Shown here piece after piece: positions 12,213 through 23,013 of a stretch of 64,000 bases of DNA. The notes below the pieces were generated by a model. The model did no database searches. It was given only the letters and a program-made list of their open reading frames with translations, and was not told the DNA's origin. Each line of letters starts with the position of its first letter. The stretch's first letter is position 1. Both the position numbers and the translations under genes were made by a program. The DNA is from Candidatus Magasanikbacteria bacterium RIFCSPHIGHO2_01_FULL_33_34 (GTDB lineage Bacteria; Patescibacteriota; Patescibacteriia; Magasanikbacterales; UBA922): assembly GCA_001782825.1 (NCBI GenBank), contig MFPS01000006.1, positions 84,553-148,552 of the forward strand, written 5' to 3'.

Positions 12213-12686
12213 CTAAGAGAGAAAAAATCTTTGATACCGTCCCTCTTTGAAAGATAATCGTTTAAAACCAATTGGATTTGTTGTATAAATTCTCCTTGAC
12301 TCTTCATAGTACAAATTCTTTATGGGACCGCCCTTCAAAGATTTCACTTCAACTATTTTACCATCACTACCTGGAGAATGAGCATAAGAAATTTCTGAAA
12401 TCATAATACCCATATGGTCTGGAAATTGCCCACCATTTCTACGACTAAAAAAAACCAAATCCCCTGGTAAGAAGTTGTGTACAAATACACCAAATGTGTC
12501 AAAGTATTCATTGCAATGCCTAGGCACTGGCCTAGGGAATTTTACAACTTCCCTCAATAAATAAGTTACAAAACCAGAACAGTCAAAGCCAGTTTCTGGG
12601 CTCATTCCGTCTATTGGCCCAATATATTTCATTGCAGGTTTCCCCATCAACTTCATTACTTCACCAACAAACTGTGTGCAATTCAT
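12213..12686 (-). CDS. NlpC/P60 (C40) family peptidase, with no signal peptide
   Basis: DCSGFV (catalytic Cys) and a downstream His (FPDHMGIM). 157 aa. Confidence 0.65.
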   Translation of the reverse strand: MNCTQFVGEVMKLMGKPAMKYIGPIDGMSPETGFDCSGFVTYLLREVVKFPRPVPRHCNEYFDTFGVFVHNFLPGDLVFFSRRNGGQFPDHMGIMISEISYAHSPGSDGKIVEVKSLKGGPIKNLYYEESRRIYTTNPIGFKRLSFKEGRYQRFFLS

Positions 12687-12747
12687 TTTTTACCTCTCCT
12701 AGCTTAAGAAAGATGTTAACAGATTAAACAATACTTTTCAAGTATAA

Positions 12748-14499
12748 TTAGGCAATTCGTTTTTTGCTCTCATTTTTTACTTGTTCTTTAAATTCTTCTT
12801 TACTCATTTTTTCCTGATCAACTTGACCACGCACACGCACCATCCAATCTTCTCCAGCAATTTCTTTATCTCCTACAACCAATATATAAGGAATTTTTTG
12901 ACCAACAGCTTTTCGTACTTTATTTCCAACTGTTTCATCAGCTTTATCTAATCCAACTCTTATTCCAGCTTCTTTAAATTCTTTTTCAAATTTCTCTGCA
13001 TCCTCAACGTGCTTTTCTGATACTGGCAAAAATTGTACCTGAACTGGCGCAGTCCAAACTGGAAAATTTCCAGCATGATGTTCAATAAATATAGATAAAA
13101 ATCTTTCAATTGAACCCATAATAGCGGCGTGTATCATCACTATTCTTTCTTTTTCACCTTGTTCATTTGTACAAGACAAATCAAATCTCTCTGGTAAATT
13201 TATATCAAGCTGTATTGTAGCTACTTGCCATTCTCGGCCAATTGAATCTTTTGCCATAAAGTCAACCTTTGGCCCATAGAAAGCTGCTTCACCTTTTTGT
13301 TCTACATAATCAACGCCTTTTTCTTTGGCAATTTCTCGAAGCGCATCCTCTGCTTCCTGCCAAATTTCTGGAGTTCCAAGATATTTTTTGAAATTGTCTG
13401 GATCATGAAGTGACAACCTGACATCCAATTCATTAAAACCAACTGCCTTATAAAATATATCAATAATATCCCAAATCTTGAGAAATTCTACTTTTACTTG
13501 ATTGCGCCTGCAAAAAACATGAGCATCATCTTGTGAAAAAGCTCTAGTCCTAGATACCCCATGAAGCTCACCTGTTTGTTCATCACGATAACAAGTAGTT
13601 GTCTCGGCATATCTTTGTGGTAAATCTTTATAACTTCGCGCTACATGGTTATAAATCTGCGTATGATGTGGACAATTCATTGGTTTCATTGCAAATTCAT
13701 GACCTTCTCGTGACACAATTTTATAAAGTTCATCAGAAAATTTTTCCCAGTGTCCTGAAGTCTCATACAAATCTTTTTTGGTTATATGAGGGATAGATAC
13801 TTTTTGATATCCTCGCTCTTCTCTCAACTCCCAAACAAAATTGTCTAAAACATTTCGCAACAATGTACCCCTTGGAGTCCAAAGTGGTAAACCTGGACCA
13901 ACCAATTCTGAAAAAGTAAACAAATCTAATTCTTTACCAAGTTTGCGATGATCTCTCTTTTTAGCTTCTTCCAATAATTGCAAATGCTTATCTAATTCTT
14001 CTCTGGTTTCAAAAAGTAAACCATAAATACGAGTTAGCATTGGATTTTTTTCATCCCCACGCCAATAGGCTCCAGCAACTTTATCTAATTTCAAACCTGC
14101 CACTGTAATTTCTGTTGTTCTCTCTACATGCCCACCACGACACAAATCGCGAAAAGGCCCTGATTCATAAAAAGTTATATTTTCTCCTTTTTCTTCCAAT
14201 TCTTTTATTAAATCTAATTTAAAAGGCTCATCTTTCTCTATCTCCTTAGCCTCATCATAACTAGCGGGTTTACCAACAAATTTATGCGCCCCTTTTATGA
14301 TATGCTTCATTTTTTTTTCTATCTTTACAAGATCAGCATCTGAAATTGTTATGCCATCTGGAAATTTAAAATCATAATAAAAACCATTTTCAATGGTAGG
14401 GCCAATAGCCAATTTAGTGCCTGGATAAAGCTCTAGGACAGCAGCGGCCAACATATGAGCAGCTGAATGCCTTATATTGTGTAATTGTTCTTCGTTCAT
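12748..14499 (-). CDS. thrS: Threonyl-tRNA synthetase (short form lacking the N-terminal TGS/editing extension)
   Basis: HSAAHMLAAAV, a class II aaRS core with HRD/ProRS-like motifs, and a C-terminal anticodon-binding domain. Confidence 0.9.
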   Translation of the reverse strand: MNEEQLHNIRHSAAHMLAAAVLELYPGTKLAIGPTIENGFYYDFKFPDGITISDADLVKIEKKMKHIIKGAHKFVGKPASYDEAKEIEKDEPFKLDLIKELEEKGENITFYESGPFRDLCRGGHVERTTEITVAGLKLDKVAGAYWRGDEKNPMLTRIYGLLFETREELDKHLQLLEEAKKRDHRKLGKELDLFTFSELVGPGLPLWTPRGTLLRNVLDNFVWELREERGYQKVSIPHITKKDLYETSGHWEKFSDELYKIVSREGHEFAMKPMNCPHHTQIYNHVARSYKDLPQRYAETTTCYRDEQTGELHGVSRTRAFSQDDAHVFCRRNQVKVEFLKIWDIIDIFYKAVGFNELDVRLSLHDPDNFKKYLGTPEIWQEAEDALREIAKEKGVDYVEQKGEAAFYGPKVDFMAKDSIGREWQVATIQLDINLPERFDLSCTNEQGEKERIVMIHAAIMGSIERFLSIFIEHHAGNFPVWTAPVQVQFLPVSEKHVEDAEKFEKEFKEAGIRVGLDKADETVGNKVRKAVGQKIPYILVVGDKEIAGEDWMVRVRGQVDQEKMSKEEFKEQVKNESKKRIA

Positions 14500-14636
14500 A
14501 AATTTAAAGGAATTATTTTGGGATTCAAACAGTTTTTTTGTATTTCTGTATAAAATCCACCTAAATTTGTCTTAATCTATGCAAGCATTAAATCACGAAA
14601 ATAACTCTTAGTCAAACTGTGTTTAAACCAAAAAAT

Positions 14637-14693
14637 AATACACACAACCTACCAAATGTATCATGTTGTGTGTATTATAAATAGTATTTTTTA
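14637..14693 (-). terminator. Rho-independent terminator (12-bp stem aatacacacaac/gttgtgtgtatt) after the 14757..15905 gene and before thrS
   Basis: Perfect 12-bp inverted repeat with a 16-nt loop. On the minus strand it is followed by attattttttgg. Confidence 0.6.
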
Positions 14694-14756
14694 CTGGATA
14701 TTTTGTCATCTATATTTTCTCTGCCACAAAACAAACCAAAATTATCAGTGTCATGT

Positions 14757-15905
14757 TTACTGAACCTCTTTTACGATTATTTCTATATGCTCCCCAACAT
14801 GAGGCACTGTTCTTATCCAGGCTGGTTTAAACTTGATATCAACACTTCTCACATGATCCAATTTCAAAAGATATCTCCTAACTTCATCTTTAGACTTTCC
14901 AAAAAACATACTTTTTTCTAATTGCTTACTTTCTGGATTTAATTTAGATACCCCACTATAAAATAATTGTAAGGTTGCAGTATTTTTTGCCAAACTATAA
15001 TCCTCAATATTTACGGTTGGATCATCATTACTTGATTGCACAATCTCAGTATCATCAACTGCTTTCCTTAAAAGTGCCTTATTTGCAATATCTTGCAAAT
15101 CACTCGCTTTATAAAAAACTCCTAATACATTTGCTTTGCCTGACAAAGTAAATTCAGATACTTCATCTCCTATTTCTGCATTAGCAGTAATATCTGAATC
15201 AATCAATTTAAACACCCCTTTAAGGGCTGGATTTTCAGATTGCAACTCTTTGATGCCTGCTTGTTCAAGTGCCAAAACAATTATATCACGCGCCTTATCC
15301 ATATCAGATTTTCCAAGTATACCAACATTTTTAATACCACCTGTAATATCCATATCACTTGTCGCATAAATTTGTTTTTGTTTTTCTTCACTTAAACCTG
15401 GAATTGTAAATTGTGACGGACCTATATTGCCACTACTACCATCAACATCCGCATAAACTTCTGCTTCAATCGTTCCATTGGCTGGTACCACTACTCTGTC
15501 TTTTAGTCTAAAAAGTATTCCATCTTGATTTATAACTCTAGTAGTTGGAATTAATGGTTGAGACAAATTTGAATCATTGTGAAGAATGACCATTCCAGTT
15601 GCATTAGCATCTTGACTTTCTGATTCTGTCGGAATAAAATTTTGTTGAATATCAACTGCCTTAGAGACAACAATGCCTTTTAATGAACCAAATTTATCAT
15701 CATTTCCCACCAATACACTATCATTCACATCAACCGTAGAAGATTTTGTCTCAATTATAATAGATGTGCGCTTGGATGACATAAACATGATCACGCCCGA
15801 AAGTATAATCGTAATAAATAAAAAAGTAAGAGCAACAAATTTATAAAATCGTACTGGTTGATTTGATGGCGTCATCGTTTCATTTCTTCTTGAAGACATA
15901 AACAC
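14757..15905 (-). CDS. Hypothetical N-terminally membrane-anchored extracytoplasmic protein encoded directly downstream of pilB (possible pilus-assembly accessory)
   Basis: 382 aa with a single TM (FVALTFLFITIILSGVIMF), then a Ser/Asp-rich soluble region. It abuts pilB with a 19-bp gap. Confidence 0.5.
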   Translation of the reverse strand: MFMSSRRNETMTPSNQPVRFYKFVALTFLFITIILSGVIMFMSSKRTSIIIETKSSTVDVNDSVLVGNDDKFGSLKGIVVSKAVDIQQNFIPTESESQDANATGMVILHNDSNLSQPLIPTTRVINQDGILFRLKDRVVVPANGTIEAEVYADVDGSSGNIGPSQFTIPGLSEEKQKQIYATSDMDITGGIKNVGILGKSDMDKARDIIVLALEQAGIKELQSENPALKGVFKLIDSDITANAEIGDEVSEFTLSGKANVLGVFYKASDLQDIANKALLRKAVDDTEIVQSSNDDPTVNIEDYSLAKNTATLQLFYSGVSKLNPESKQLEKSMFFGKSKDEVRRYLLKLDHVRSVDIKFKPAWIRTVPHVGEHIEIIVKEVQ

Positions 15906-15924
15906 TAAAATAAAAAATAAAAAA

Positions 15925-17652
15925 TTATTGAATTACTCTGAATATTTCTGCAATTGAAGTTATTCCTTCTTGCGCCTTAAAAAATCCATCTTGAATCATC
16001 GTAGACATCCCTTGTTCAATAGCACTTCTTTCAATCTCATATTCAGAAATTTTTCCACTCAATATCATTTTCTCCATTGCTTCATCAACAATTAAGACTT
16101 CATATACACCTATTCTTCCTTTATACCCAATACCATGACAAGCTTCACAACCTTCACTCTCATAAAAAACTTGTGGCTTACTTTTAAATTCAGCCTTCTT
16201 TTTCTCAGACATTGACTCTACTACTTCATCAAAATGTTCTTTTTGTTCTTCAGTTATTGGTTTTTCTTTCTTGCAACTGACACATAATCTTCTAACAAGA
16301 CGTTGTCCAATAACAGTATTTAAAGATGGTGCAAGTAAAAAAGGCTTAGTTCCCATTGACAAAAACCTTGGTATAGCTGCCGCAGCGCTGTTGGTATGCA
16401 ATGTTGATAACATCAAATGACCAGTAAGCGCAGCCTGAACAGCAATTTCTGCAGTTTCCAAATCACGAATTTCTCCAACCATCGCAATATCCGGATCTTG
16501 ACGCAATACTGATCTCAAACCCTTAGCAAAGGTATATCCTCCAACAGTATCAACCTGACTTTGACTTATACCTTCCATTCTATATTCAACTGGATCTTCC
16601 AAAGTAATCATTTTTGTACCAGGCTTATTCAGCAAGTTCATTATAGCGTACAATGTAGTTGTTTTACCACCTCCAGTTGGACCAGTAGTCACAATCATAC
16701 CACTCGTTCTCATAATTTCTTTTTTTAATTTTTCATAAGCATCTCCATAAAGACCAATATCATCAAAACTCAATCCTTCTCTTTTTTGTTTTAATATACG
16801 CATTACAATACTTTCACCAAAAACTGTAGGCATAGTTGAAACACGAACATCAACATCCCCAACAGATAATTTAATTGTAAATCGTCCATCTTGTGGTTTA
16901 GTTATTATATTAATTTTTAATCCTGATATCAATTTTATTCTTGCCAATAATTTACCAAACTTTGACTTATCAAGTTTGGCAGCATCATGCAAAATTCCAT
17001 CCAAACGCAATCTCACAACTATACTACTTTCCTCTGCTTCAATATGCAAATCTGATGCTTCCAATTTCAAGGCAGCTCCTAAAAGAAATGTTACCAAATC
17101 AGTTGTAGAAGTTTTTTCCAAAATTTCTTGCAACGCTCTAAAATCTGTTACATCTGCTTGCACTTTTTTCATTTCATCTTCATCAATAGAAATATCTTTT
17201 GTAATTGGTTTTACAATTGGCAATCTATCATACATTTTTATAACTCGACTTAAACTATTTTCTGAAATTAAATACATTACACCATCTGCACCTAACCTTG
17301 TCTTTAATTCTTCAAAATAAGCTACCACTTGTGGCTCTTTTGGATTAACGGCTCCAAATCTAACCTCATTATTATTCAAATAAAAACATACCGCTTTTAA
17401 CCTTTTGGCATCTTCACGGTCTACTTGCTTTAATGCTTGTTGAGTGATTGGAAAACTATTCAAGTCTATATGTGGAAACCCAATTCTTGCCGACAATCTC
17501 ATGGTTTCAATTTCTCTCTCTTTTATATTAATCTGTGATTTTTTTTCTATAAATTTTGTTTCAACATCACTTGTACTCACATTCAAAGGTGAAATATCAC
17601 TTGTTTTTTTTCCAGTCCCAGCTAAATCTGCTATTGTTGGTAAATCTGACAT
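15925..17652 (-). CDS. pilB: Type IV pilus / type II secretion assembly ATPase (PilB/GspE family)
   Basis: Walker A GPTGGGKTTTLYA, the Asp box, His box and Walker B, and the C-terminal tetracysteine CVSCKK...CEACHGIGYKGRIGVYEVL. Confidence 0.85.
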   Translation of the reverse strand: MSDLPTIADLAGTGKKTSDISPLNVSTSDVETKFIEKKSQINIKEREIETMRLSARIGFPHIDLNSFPITQQALKQVDREDAKRLKAVCFYLNNNEVRFGAVNPKEPQVVAYFEELKTRLGADGVMYLISENSLSRVIKMYDRLPIVKPITKDISIDEDEMKKVQADVTDFRALQEILEKTSTTDLVTFLLGAALKLEASDLHIEAEESSIVVRLRLDGILHDAAKLDKSKFGKLLARIKLISGLKINIITKPQDGRFTIKLSVGDVDVRVSTMPTVFGESIVMRILKQKREGLSFDDIGLYGDAYEKLKKEIMRTSGMIVTTGPTGGGKTTTLYAIMNLLNKPGTKMITLEDPVEYRMEGISQSQVDTVGGYTFAKGLRSVLRQDPDIAMVGEIRDLETAEIAVQAALTGHLMLSTLHTNSAAAAIPRFLSMGTKPFLLAPSLNTVIGQRLVRRLCVSCKKEKPITEEQKEHFDEVVESMSEKKKAEFKSKPQVFYESEGCEACHGIGYKGRIGVYEVLIVDEAMEKMILSGKISEYEIERSAIEQGMSTMIQDGFFKAQEGITSIAEIFRVIQ

Positions 17653-17687
17653 AATAGAACTTTTTCTTTATTATCTAAGTATTATAA

Positions 17688-18671
17688 CTATTTTTTCCCT
17701 CTCAATCTTCTAAAAAAATTAACCAATACGCTTTTTATACCTTTACCATGCATTTCTACAAATGTATAAGTCCAAATATAAGTTGTAAATACAGTAAAAC
17801 TTGCCCCAGCTACCAATATATACATAGTAAACATAATAACAGACGCAACAAAAGTAGCAGAAATAGCAATCTGTGTTCCACCAGCCAAGACAACGGCAAA
17901 CCATATAAGAACCGCCGGCAATACCAATAATATAAATCCTAATGCCACAATGACTCCAAAAAACATGTTAAAAATTAATATTAACAAACCAATTTCAAAT
18001 GAAACAACTGGATGCCCAACAAACATTTGCCATGCTTTTTGAATAGACAATGATAATGATTCTTTTTCTATTACAAGATAACCTGCTGAATAAAAGAATA
18101 AAAATGATAAAATAAGACCAAATAAGCCAAATAAAATAAATACCAAAGTCAAAAATATACTATTTGGAATTGAAGGGCTTAATAATACTCCATAAGCTGA
18201 CAAGCTTACAGTAATTGCCATAATAGCAATTATGATCTTTTTAAAAAAATTCAAAAAGAATAAACGCCAAAAATTGGCAGTCCCCACATGCCATGATTTT
18301 ACAATATTGATTTTCTTATTTTTAATTTCTTGAGATTCTGCATACAAAAGCAAACCCTGTGAAACAACCGAAACAAAAATAAATATACTAAAAATACACA
18401 AAATTAATGTCAACAAGAAAAACAAAATAATTTTACTATCATAAGAATTACCAGCATTAGCAACAAAATTACCTACTTGTGATAACACTGACCCAAAAGT
18501 TCCCAAATAATAACCTGAATTACCTTTTTGTATTCCTACTTTTCCCAAAAATTCCATAATCCCAAATTGCCCCAAAAAAGCAGCAAAAGCTCCAAAAAAC
18601 CACAAAGTTTTATGTTCCCATGTAAAATGCCATGCTTTTTTTGTTGCATGTATATAAATTGACTCCTTCAT
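17688..18671 (-). CDS. Hypothetical polytopic membrane protein (at least 7 TM)
   Basis: 327 aa, highly hydrophobic. Not PilC-like. Confidence 0.5.
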   Translation of the reverse strand: MKESIYIHATKKAWHFTWEHKTLWFFGAFAAFLGQFGIMEFLGKVGIQKGNSGYYLGTFGSVLSQVGNFVANAGNSYDSKIILFFLLTLILCIFSIFIFVSVVSQGLLLYAESQEIKNKKINIVKSWHVGTANFWRLFFLNFFKKIIIAIMAITVSLSAYGVLLSPSIPNSIFLTLVFILFGLFGLILSFLFFYSAGYLVIEKESLSLSIQKAWQMFVGHPVVSFEIGLLILIFNMFFGVIVALGFILLVLPAVLIWFAVVLAGGTQIAISATFVASVIMFTMYILVAGASFTVFTTYIWTYTFVEMHGKGIKSVLVNFFRRLRGKK

Positions 18672-18847
18672 ATAAAAATTTTATATTATTTAATTGTCAA
18701 TGTATTATAACACAATTTTTTAAAAAAAAGAAAAATCCAACCTTTTCAATCTTACAAAAAATACCTTATAAATAAATTAAAACTTTATTTATTTTATTAT
18801 TTATTGTAAAAAGAAAAGATTAGATTATTTCAAATAAATATTTTATT

Positions 18848-20710
18848 TTATTTTTCTTTAACCATATCTTCCTTCTTTGCACCACTACCCATTATAGTAT
18901 TAAATTCTTCTTGCTCCACTGTCTCTTTTTCCAACAATACCTTAACAAGCTCTTTCATTTTTTCTATATTTACCTCAATTACTTCTTTTGCTCTGCGTTG
19001 AGCGTCTTTGAGGATATCACTTACCTCTTCATCAATCATTTCGGCAATCTTTTCACTATAATTCTTTTTATCATGAATTTCTTGCGCCAAGAAAATCATT
19101 TCTTCATTTTCACCAAAAACTCTCGGCCCCAATTTTGTACTCATGCCATATCTAGTTACCATAGCCGTTGCTATTTTTGTGGCAGTTTTCAAATCACTGG
19201 ATGGTCCAGTAGACAACATATTATCCCCATAAATCATCTTTTCTGTCACATAACCACCCATACTCATAGCAAGATCATCTACAAAATTAGCATAAGTCTG
19301 ATATCTCTTGTCAGTCTCTGGCATACTAAGAGTATAGCCCCCAGCCATACCACGACCAATAATGGAAACTTTACGAACCGGATCACAATGCTCCAAAAAA
19401 TGACCCACAATCGCATGGCCTGCTTCATGATAAGCTGTCATTTCTTTTTCTTTTTCTGTCATAATTCTTGATCTTTTTTCTGGACCCAGTAATACCTTTT
19501 CAACACTTTCCAACACATCTATTTCATCAATTTTCTTCTTTCCTCGTCTTACCGCCAAAATGGCTGCTTCATTTAATAAATTTGCAAGATCAGCTCCAGT
19601 AAAACCAGGCGTTCTCTCAGCAAGTTTACGAATTGAAACATCTTTTGCAATTGGTTTCCCTTTAGCATGAACTGTTAAAATCTCTTCTCTATCATTTATA
19701 TCTGGTTTATCAATCACTACTCTTCTGTCAAATCTACCTGGACGGAGCAAAGCTGAATCAAGCACATCTGGCCGATTGGTTGCTGCGATTACTATTACTC
19801 CAATATTTGGATTGAACCCATCCATCTCTACGAGTATCTGATTCAATGTTTGTTCACGCTCATCATGACTACCACCAAGTCCAGCTCCACGCTTACGACC
19901 AACGGCATCAATTTCATCAATAAATATAATAGCTGGCGCAGCCTTCTGAGCCTTACTAAACAAATCTCTTACACGACTAGCACCCACACCCACAAACATT
20001 TCAACAAATTCCGAACCACTAATATGAAAAAATGGCACACCAGCTTCTCCGGCTACTGCTTTGGCAAGCAAAGTTTTACCCGTACCAGGAGAACCCATCA
20101 ATAATACTCCTTTAGGAATCTTGGCACCCATATTTGTAAATTTCTTTGGATCTTTCAAAAAATCCACAATTTCTTCAAGCTCCTCTTTGGCTTCTTTTGC
20201 CCCAGCCACATCTTTAAAAGTTTTTTTATCTTTTTCTTCACCAGGCTTACTTTGTTTGGCAGCGCTCTGACCAAAACCCATTGCCTTATTATTTACACCT
20301 TGAACTTGACGGGTCATAAAAAACAACAAACCACCAATCAATAAAAATGGCAACATATACGGTGCTAATACTTTTAGCCAATATTTCCAACCGGTCTCAT
20401 CTTTTACTTGAATATCAATCTTTTGTAATTTTTCTGGATCAATATTGTAATTATCTATCATTTCAGAAAATGACTGGCCATATTCTTTCTTTACTTGTTG
20501 TACATTTGCACTATCATCATGCAAATTTACTACCAAAATATCCCCCTTAACTTCAATGCTTCCAACTTCCTCATTATTAATCTCATTTACCAATGTACCA
20601 ATACCAATAACATCTGGGTCAACTTTGTTAATCTCAGACATACTCACTGCGCCAGCAACCAAAAAGAGTACAACGGTAATTATTATAAAATTCTTTATTA
20701 AACTTTTCAT
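18848..20710 (-). CDS. ftsH: ATP-dependent zinc metalloprotease FtsH
   Basis: N-terminal TM, the AAA domain [31 protein letters not shown], and the HEAGHAIVG zinc site. Confidence 0.95.
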   Translation of the reverse strand: MKSLIKNFIIITVVLFLVAGAVSMSEINKVDPDVIGIGTLVNEINNEEVGSIEVKGDILVVNLHDDSANVQQVKKEYGQSFSEMIDNYNIDPEKLQKIDIQVKDETGWKYWLKVLAPYMLPFLLIGGLLFFMTRQVQGVNNKAMGFGQSAAKQSKPGEEKDKKTFKDVAGAKEAKEELEEIVDFLKDPKKFTNMGAKIPKGVLLMGSPGTGKTLLAKAVAGEAGVPFFHISGSEFVEMFVGVGASRVRDLFSKAQKAAPAIIFIDEIDAVGRKRGAGLGGSHDEREQTLNQILVEMDGFNPNIGVIVIAATNRPDVLDSALLRPGRFDRRVVIDKPDINDREEILTVHAKGKPIAKDVSIRKLAERTPGFTGADLANLLNEAAILAVRRGKKKIDEIDVLESVEKVLLGPEKRSRIMTEKEKEMTAYHEAGHAIVGHFLEHCDPVRKVSIIGRGMAGGYTLSMPETDKRYQTYANFVDDLAMSMGGYVTEKMIYGDNMLSTGPSSDLKTATKIATAMVTRYGMSTKLGPRVFGENEEMIFLAQEIHDKKNYSEKIAEMIDEEVSDILKDAQRRAKEVIEVNIEKMKELVKVLLEKETVEQEEFNTIMGSGAKKEDMVKEK

Positions 20711-20859
20711 AGCAATTTTAATATATTATTTACTAATTATATCATAGTTGAATTAGTATAGATAAAAAGTGCTTTTTTGTCAATATACAAGAGAAAAATA
20801 TTGACAACCAAAAATAATTACTATATTATCGTATAAACAACAAATAAAGAAAGGATATA

Positions 20860-21102
20860 ATGACAAATCAAAAAAAGATCCTCAATGAACTAATTGATCT
20901 GCTTTTTTCTGATGGGTCAGATCATATTATTTTAACCATAAAATACGATAACTGCATTAAAAAAATTACAGTATCAAAAACATATTTTGGACTAATGAAC
21001 GATGGTTACAAAATCTATATCACCTTCAAACAAACACCCCACCAAAATTGTGAGGAAAAAAAATTTTATCTAGAAAACATCATAGATATAAAAAATGTCT
21101 AA
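20860..21102 (+). CDS. Hypothetical small protein
   Basis: 80-aa ORF followed by the terminator at 21122-21152. Confidence 0.3.
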   Translation: MTNQKKILNELIDLLFSDGSDHIILTIKYDNCIKKITVSKTYFGLMNDGYKIYITFKQTPHQNCEEKKFYLENIIDIKNV

Positions 21103-21121
21103 TTTACACAAACAAGAGAAC

Positions 21122-21152
21122 CACCTTTGACTTCCATAGCAAAGGTGTTTTT
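21122..21152. terminator. Hairpin terminator (cacctttg/caaaggtg plus T5), convergent between the 20860 ORF and the PduO gene
   Basis: 8-bp perfect stem, 10-nt loop, then ttttt. Confidence 0.5.
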
Positions 21153-21161
21153 ACTTAAAAA

Positions 21162-21707
21162 TTATTTCTTCCAAATCACATCTTCGTGATTATTTTTTTT
21201 ATTCAACCAACGTCCTAAAACAAAAAGCACATCACTCAAACGATTCAAATATTGTCCTATATGTTTATCAATACTAGGATATTGTTTTTTGACAGTAATA
21301 AAAACTCGCTCCGCACGACGACATATAGCCCGAGCAAAAAAACTCTGCGCTGAAGAAACACTTCCCCCTGGTAAAATAAAATTATGCAATGGCTCCAAAT
21401 CATTCTCCATTTCATCAATCCAATTTTCCAAATCAATTATAGCTGAATCTTTTAAACTCGGCACCATACCCAATTCCATATCAATAGACGCAATATTTGC
21501 ACCAACTACAAAAAGATTATGTTGAACATCAATCAATTTTTTCTTAACATCATTTTCACTATCCAACAATGAAACCAAAACTCCAACAGAGGCATTCAAT
21601 TCATCCACTTCACCCAATGCTACGACTTCTAGACAATTCTTTTCAACCCTCTTACCCAAAAGTGATGTTTCTCCTCCATCCCCAGTTTTTGTATAAATTT
21701 TTGACAT
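21162..21707 (-). CDS. ATP:cob(I)alamin adenosyltransferase, PduO/MMAB type
   Basis: MSKIYTKTGDGGETSLLGKRVEKN...GEVDELNASVGV matches the PduO-type N-terminal YTRTGDKGETSL motif. 181 aa. Confidence 0.7.
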   Translation of the reverse strand: MSKIYTKTGDGGETSLLGKRVEKNCLEVVALGEVDELNASVGVLVSLLDSENDVKKKLIDVQHNLFVVGANIASIDMELGMVPSLKDSAIIDLENWIDEMENDLEPLHNFILPGGSVSSAQSFFARAICRRAERVFITVKKQYPSIDKHIGQYLNRLSDVLFVLGRWLNKKNNHEDVIWKK

Positions 21708-21854
21708 AATTTATTATTAATAAACTAATTTATTCAGTCAATATATTATATCATTATGATTATACAAAACAACTGCCAATATATATTAATCCTAAAAAAA
21801 CAACTGCCTCGATAAATTAATACCGAGGCAACTTCTTGTACTCAAACAAATTCA

Positions 21855-22427
21855 CTAGACTCCTTTCCAGACTACCTGTGAAAGATAGCCTTCTGGATAA
21901 ACAACTGGTGGAATTACCTCATCGGGCACATAGCCCAAATTAATAAAATATTTCCTAGTATGTCTAGGCACTAAACCGAAAGCTGTTTCTACCCCCAAGG
22001 AAAAGGACAATTCAGTCGCCATTTTAATCAATTTGAATCCATATGACTGACCAGTTAACTCCTCAGAAATAGCTAAGCTACTCACCTCTGCTAAAGATCC
22101 ATGCGGACACCCCAGTATTTTTTTTGTAAACAATTCAGATTGTGCACCAATTGCTATGTAGCTCGGCAACTCAATTCCTTCAAGATTCAAATGAACCCTT
22201 ATGCATCCACGAATCTTATTACAACTATCTACAAGTAAGATAAGATAAACACCATTTAAATTCAACTTACTTTCATCTGCTGAACTTACATATGAAACAT
22301 TATGGCGCTTTAATGCTCCTTTCTGTATTTCTAAAGACAGTTTGAAAGATTTTTCATCATCAATCGCACGTATAGTCTTAAAAGTACAAAAGCCTTCTAA
22401 TGATTTTTCTGTTGCATATTGAGTCAC
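21855..22427 (-). CDS. Hypothetical protein with possible GNAT-like acyltransferase fold
   Basis: TGQSYGFKLIKMA resembles GNAT motif A (Q/R-x-x-G-x-G/A). Otherwise unassignable. Confidence 0.3.
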   Translation of the reverse strand: MTQYATEKSLEGFCTFKTIRAIDDEKSFKLSLEIQKGALKRHNVSYVSSADESKLNLNGVYLILLVDSCNKIRGCIRVHLNLEGIELPSYIAIGAQSELFTKKILGCPHGSLAEVSSLAISEELTGQSYGFKLIKMATELSFSLGVETAFGLVPRHTRKYFINLGYVPDEVIPPVVYPEGYLSQVVWKGV

Positions 22428-22590
22428 AAGCCCCCCTTGTTATAGTCACATAAAATTATTAGAAGACTTCAAACTATATATTATTTAATAAAAAAAGTCA
22501 AGGCTTTACCTGGGTGAATTAAAAAATTATTGACAAATACATATATTTATGATATTAAATATATGTCACTAAAACCCAAAGGGGGGCAAT

Positions 22591-22863
22591 ATGGACGAAA
22601 CAACCGAGCAAGATAAACTTCTTGATACACAGCCAATCGTCGATAAACTGCTCGACGAAAAACTAAAATACATGTATGAAACTGTATTGGATCTAATCGC
22701 CATGGGTAAAAAAGAAATAGCAAATGATGTTTTAACAGTTTTTTATGAAACTTACTGCAAAAACACCCTGGTTGATGAAACAACTCCAAAACTAATCAAA
22801 AAAATATCACGGATGTATAATGGTTTGGTAAACAAAAAAACAGATGGCCCAAAACCATCATAA
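22591..22863 (+). CDS. Hypothetical small acidic protein
   Basis: 90-aa ORF with the RBS aaaggggggcaat upstream. Preferred over the overlapping antisense 80-aa ORF. Confidence 0.35.
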   Translation: MDETTEQDKLLDTQPIVDKLLDEKLKYMYETVLDLIAMGKKEIANDVLTVFYETYCKNTLVDETTPKLIKKISRMYNGLVNKKTDGPKPS

Positions 22864-22969
22864 AGTGACATAGCGTCCATAAAGCCACGTGCACACCCAG
22901 CACGTGGCCTAAAAATTTATAATAAATATAATAAAAACTTAATTTTCATACTAAATAAATATTACCAAA

Positions 22970-23005
22970 CAAAAAACCACTTACTTCAGAATAAGTGGTT
23001 TTTTA
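22970..23005. terminator. Bidirectional terminator (aaccactta/taagtggtt, flanked by A and T runs) between convergent genes
   Basis: 9-bp stem with an A-run upstream and a T-run downstream. Confidence 0.6.
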
Positions 23006-23013
23006 ATTTCTTA

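Noticed and set aside
14500-14640. T-box riboswitch leader upstream of thrS (aatttaggtgga resembles the T-box AATTAGGGTGGNACCGCG)
   Set aside because: The leader is only about 135 nt and lacks the ACCGCG part of the T-box, a specifier-loop/antiterminator architecture, and stem I features. The similarity is likely coincidental.
22547-22789. Minus-strand 80-aa ORF overlapping the 22591..22863 plus-strand ORF
   Set aside because: The plus-strand ORF has a good RBS (aaaggggggcaat) and ordinary composition; the minus-strand ORF is Leu/Phe-rich antisense noise.
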